Source: Ylistrum balloti (lineage: Eukaryota). From it: 64,000 nucleotides of DNA. A model generated the notes under the pieces. It saw only the letters and a program-made list of their open reading frames with translations. It searched no databases and was not told where the DNA came from. Location of the stretch: the NCBI RefSeq assembly GCF_031769215.1, contig NW_026781892.1, forward strand, positions 124,001 through 188,000, read 5' to 3'. Positions 61,480-64,000 of this stretch are shown in pieces (positions within the stretch are counted from its first letter, which is position 1; each line of letters begins with the position of its first letter). The position numbers and the translations under genes were made by a program.

Positions 61480-62240
61480 ATGTTGTATAGTGTTACCTGT
61501 CTATAAGGTACTCTGTATACCATACAAATATCCACTTTATAGTGTTATCTGTCTATAAGGTACTCTGTATACTATACAAATATCCACTTTATAGTGTTAT
61601 CTGTCTATAAGGTACTCTGTATACTATACAGATATCCACTGTATAGTGTTACCTGTCTATAAGGTACTCTGTATACTATACAAATATCCACTTTATAGTG
61701 TTATCTGTCTATAAGGTACTCTGTATACTATACAAACCTGTCTATAGGGTACTCTGTATACTATACAAACCTGTCTATAAGGTACTCTGTATACTATACA
61801 AACCTGTCTATAAGGTACTCTGTATACATGTCTATAAGGTACTCTGTTTACTATACACACCTGTCTATAAAGTACTCTGTATACAATACAAACCTGTCTA
61901 TAAGGTACTCTGTATACTATACACACCTGTCTATAAGGTACTCTGTATACTATACAAACCTGTCTATAAGGTACTCTGTATACTATACAAACCTGTCTAT
62001 AAGGTACTCTGTATACTATACAAACCTGTCTATAAGGTACTCTGTATACCATACAAATATCCACTTTATAGTGTTATCTGTCTATAAGGTACTCTGTATA
62101 CTATACAAACCTGTCTATAAGGTACTCTGTATACTATACACACCTGTCTATAAGGTACTCTGTATACTATACACACCTGTCTATAATGTACTCTGTATAC
62201 CATACAAATATTCCCTGTGTAGTGTTACCTGTCTATAATG
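61480..62240. repeat. Compound 33-bp/~52-bp minisatellite
   Basis: ctgtctataaggtactctgtatactatacaaac. Confidence 0.94.
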
Positions 62241-62664
62241 TATTCTGTAGAATCTGGAAACTTTTTCATGTGATCAGCATCACAGTAAATACACTTCATT
62301 CTCCTAGCAGATTTGCTGGTAAATTTCCCAGGCTAGAATATATATACATTATGCTAGCGAGAGACTCAAAAGCTGTCTGTTAAATTAAGCTTCAAAGCAC
62401 AACAGACATATAGTCAAGCTTATTCTTCATTAACTCAACCACTGAACAAACCCCAGTAACATAGAATGAGCCATTACAAGGATCCTGTCTCCTATTATCA
62501 GGTAAGGTGATATCTCTTAAGATGTCATGACTTGTGATAGCAACAAGGCATTCTTTCTCCTGAGCACATCCTAGTGAGATGTAGATCTAGTCTGGCATTT
62601 TGAGAAACCTGTTAGTTTAGCAAGAAAGAAAACATCACTGAAGCCCTTCTCTCTATCCACCAAT

Positions 62665-64000
62665 CACTACTGTACCCCAGTCAGTAAGGTTACACTCACT
62701 GGAGCCCCAAACCCCCTCCCTCCTCACCCACTACTGTACCCCAGTCAGTAAGGTTACACTCACTGGAGCCCCAAACCCCCTCCCTCCTCACCCACTACTG
62801 TACCCCAGTCAGTAAGGTTACACTCACTGGAGCCCCAAACCCCCTCCCTCCTCACCCACTACTGTACCCCAGTCAGTAAGGTTACACTCACTGCAGCCCC
62901 AAACCCCCTCCCTCCTCACCCACTACTGTACCCCAGTCAGTAAGGTTACACTCACTGGAGCCCCAAACCCCCTCCCTCCTCACCCACTACTGTACCCCAG
63001 TCAGTAAGGTTACACTCACTGGAGCCCCAAACCCCCTCCCTCCTCACCCACTACTGTACCCTAGTCAGTAAGGTAACACTCACTGGAGCCCCAAACCCCC
63101 TCCCTCCTCACCCACTACTGTACCCCAGTCAGTAAGGTAACACTCACTGGAGCCCCAAACCCCCTCCCTCCTCACCCACTACTGTACCCCAGTCAGTAAG
63201 GTTACACTCACTGGAGCCCCAAACCCCCTCCCTCCTCACCCACTACTGTACCCGAGTCAGTAAGGTAACACTCACTGGAGCCCCAAACCCCCTCCCTCCT
63301 CACCCACTACTGTACCCCAGTCAGTAAGGTTACACTCACTGGAGCCCCAAACCCCCTCCCTCCTCACCCACTACTGTACCCCAGTCAGTAAGGTAACACT
63401 CACTGGAGCCCCAAACCCCCTCCCTCCTCACCCACTACTGTACCCCAGTCAGTAAGGTTACACTCACTGGAGCCCCAAACCCCCTCCCTCCTCACCCACT
63501 ACTGTACCCCAGTCAGTAAGGTTACACTCACTGGAGCCCCAAACCCCCTCCCTCCTCACCCACAACTGTACCCACTAGTCAGTAAGGTAACACTAACACT
63601 CACTGGAGCCCCAAACCCCCTCCCTCCTCACCCACTACTGTACCCCAGTCAGTAAGGTAACACTCACTGGAGCCCCAAACCCCATCCCTCCTCACCTACT
63701 ACTGTACCCTAATCAGTAAGGTAACACTCACTGGAGCCCCAAACCCCCTCCCTCCTCACCCACTACTGTACCCCAGTCAGTAAGGTAACACTCACTGGAG
63801 CCCCAAACCCCATCCCTCCTCACCTACTACTGTACCCTAATCAGTAAGGTAACACTCACTGGAGCCCCAAACCCCCACCCACCACACCCACAACTGTACC
63901 CCAGTCAGTAAGGTTACACTCACAGGAGCCCCAAACCCCCTCCCTCCTCACCCACTACTGTACCCTAAGGAGCCCCCAGCCCCAAACCCCCTCCCTCCTC
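62665..64000. repeat. 64-bp C-rich minisatellite, at least 20 copies, runs off the window end
   Basis: cactactgtaccccagtcagtaaggttacactcactggagccccaaaccccctccctcctcacc. Confidence 0.97.

Noticed and set aside
62466-62501. ATG-to-CAG|GTAAGG mini-exon (MSHYKDPVSYYQ)
   Set aside because: No acceptor compatible with phase 1 from exon 13, and no other support.

Overview
AT-rich eukaryotic (animal) genomic DNA, most likely a bivalve mollusc. That call is an inference from gene structure, SINE/Helentron-type repeats and minisatellite density. Two intron-containing genes lie head-to-head. PIGK (GPI-anchor transamidase catalytic subunit) is on the minus strand with 10 exons, about 353 aa, and apparently no C-terminal transmembrane helix. 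An AK5-like multi-domain adenylate kinase is on the plus strand with 13 exons visible; its frame is still open at the window end. The roughly 16 kb between them is bounded by 69-bp terminal inverted repeats (61/69 identical) and a 9-bp target-site duplication (8/9). This looks like one 15,760-bp Mutator-like element inserted 12 nt upstream of the PIGK ATG, splitting what would otherwise be a 395-bp bidirectional promoter. The element holds decayed gene-like cargo and nested insertions (SINE, LINE ORF1, HERO, MITE). About a third of the window is minisatellite, and several arrays are built from real splice sites. The very long ORFs in the track (786, 677, 491, 323 aa) are repeat artefacts.
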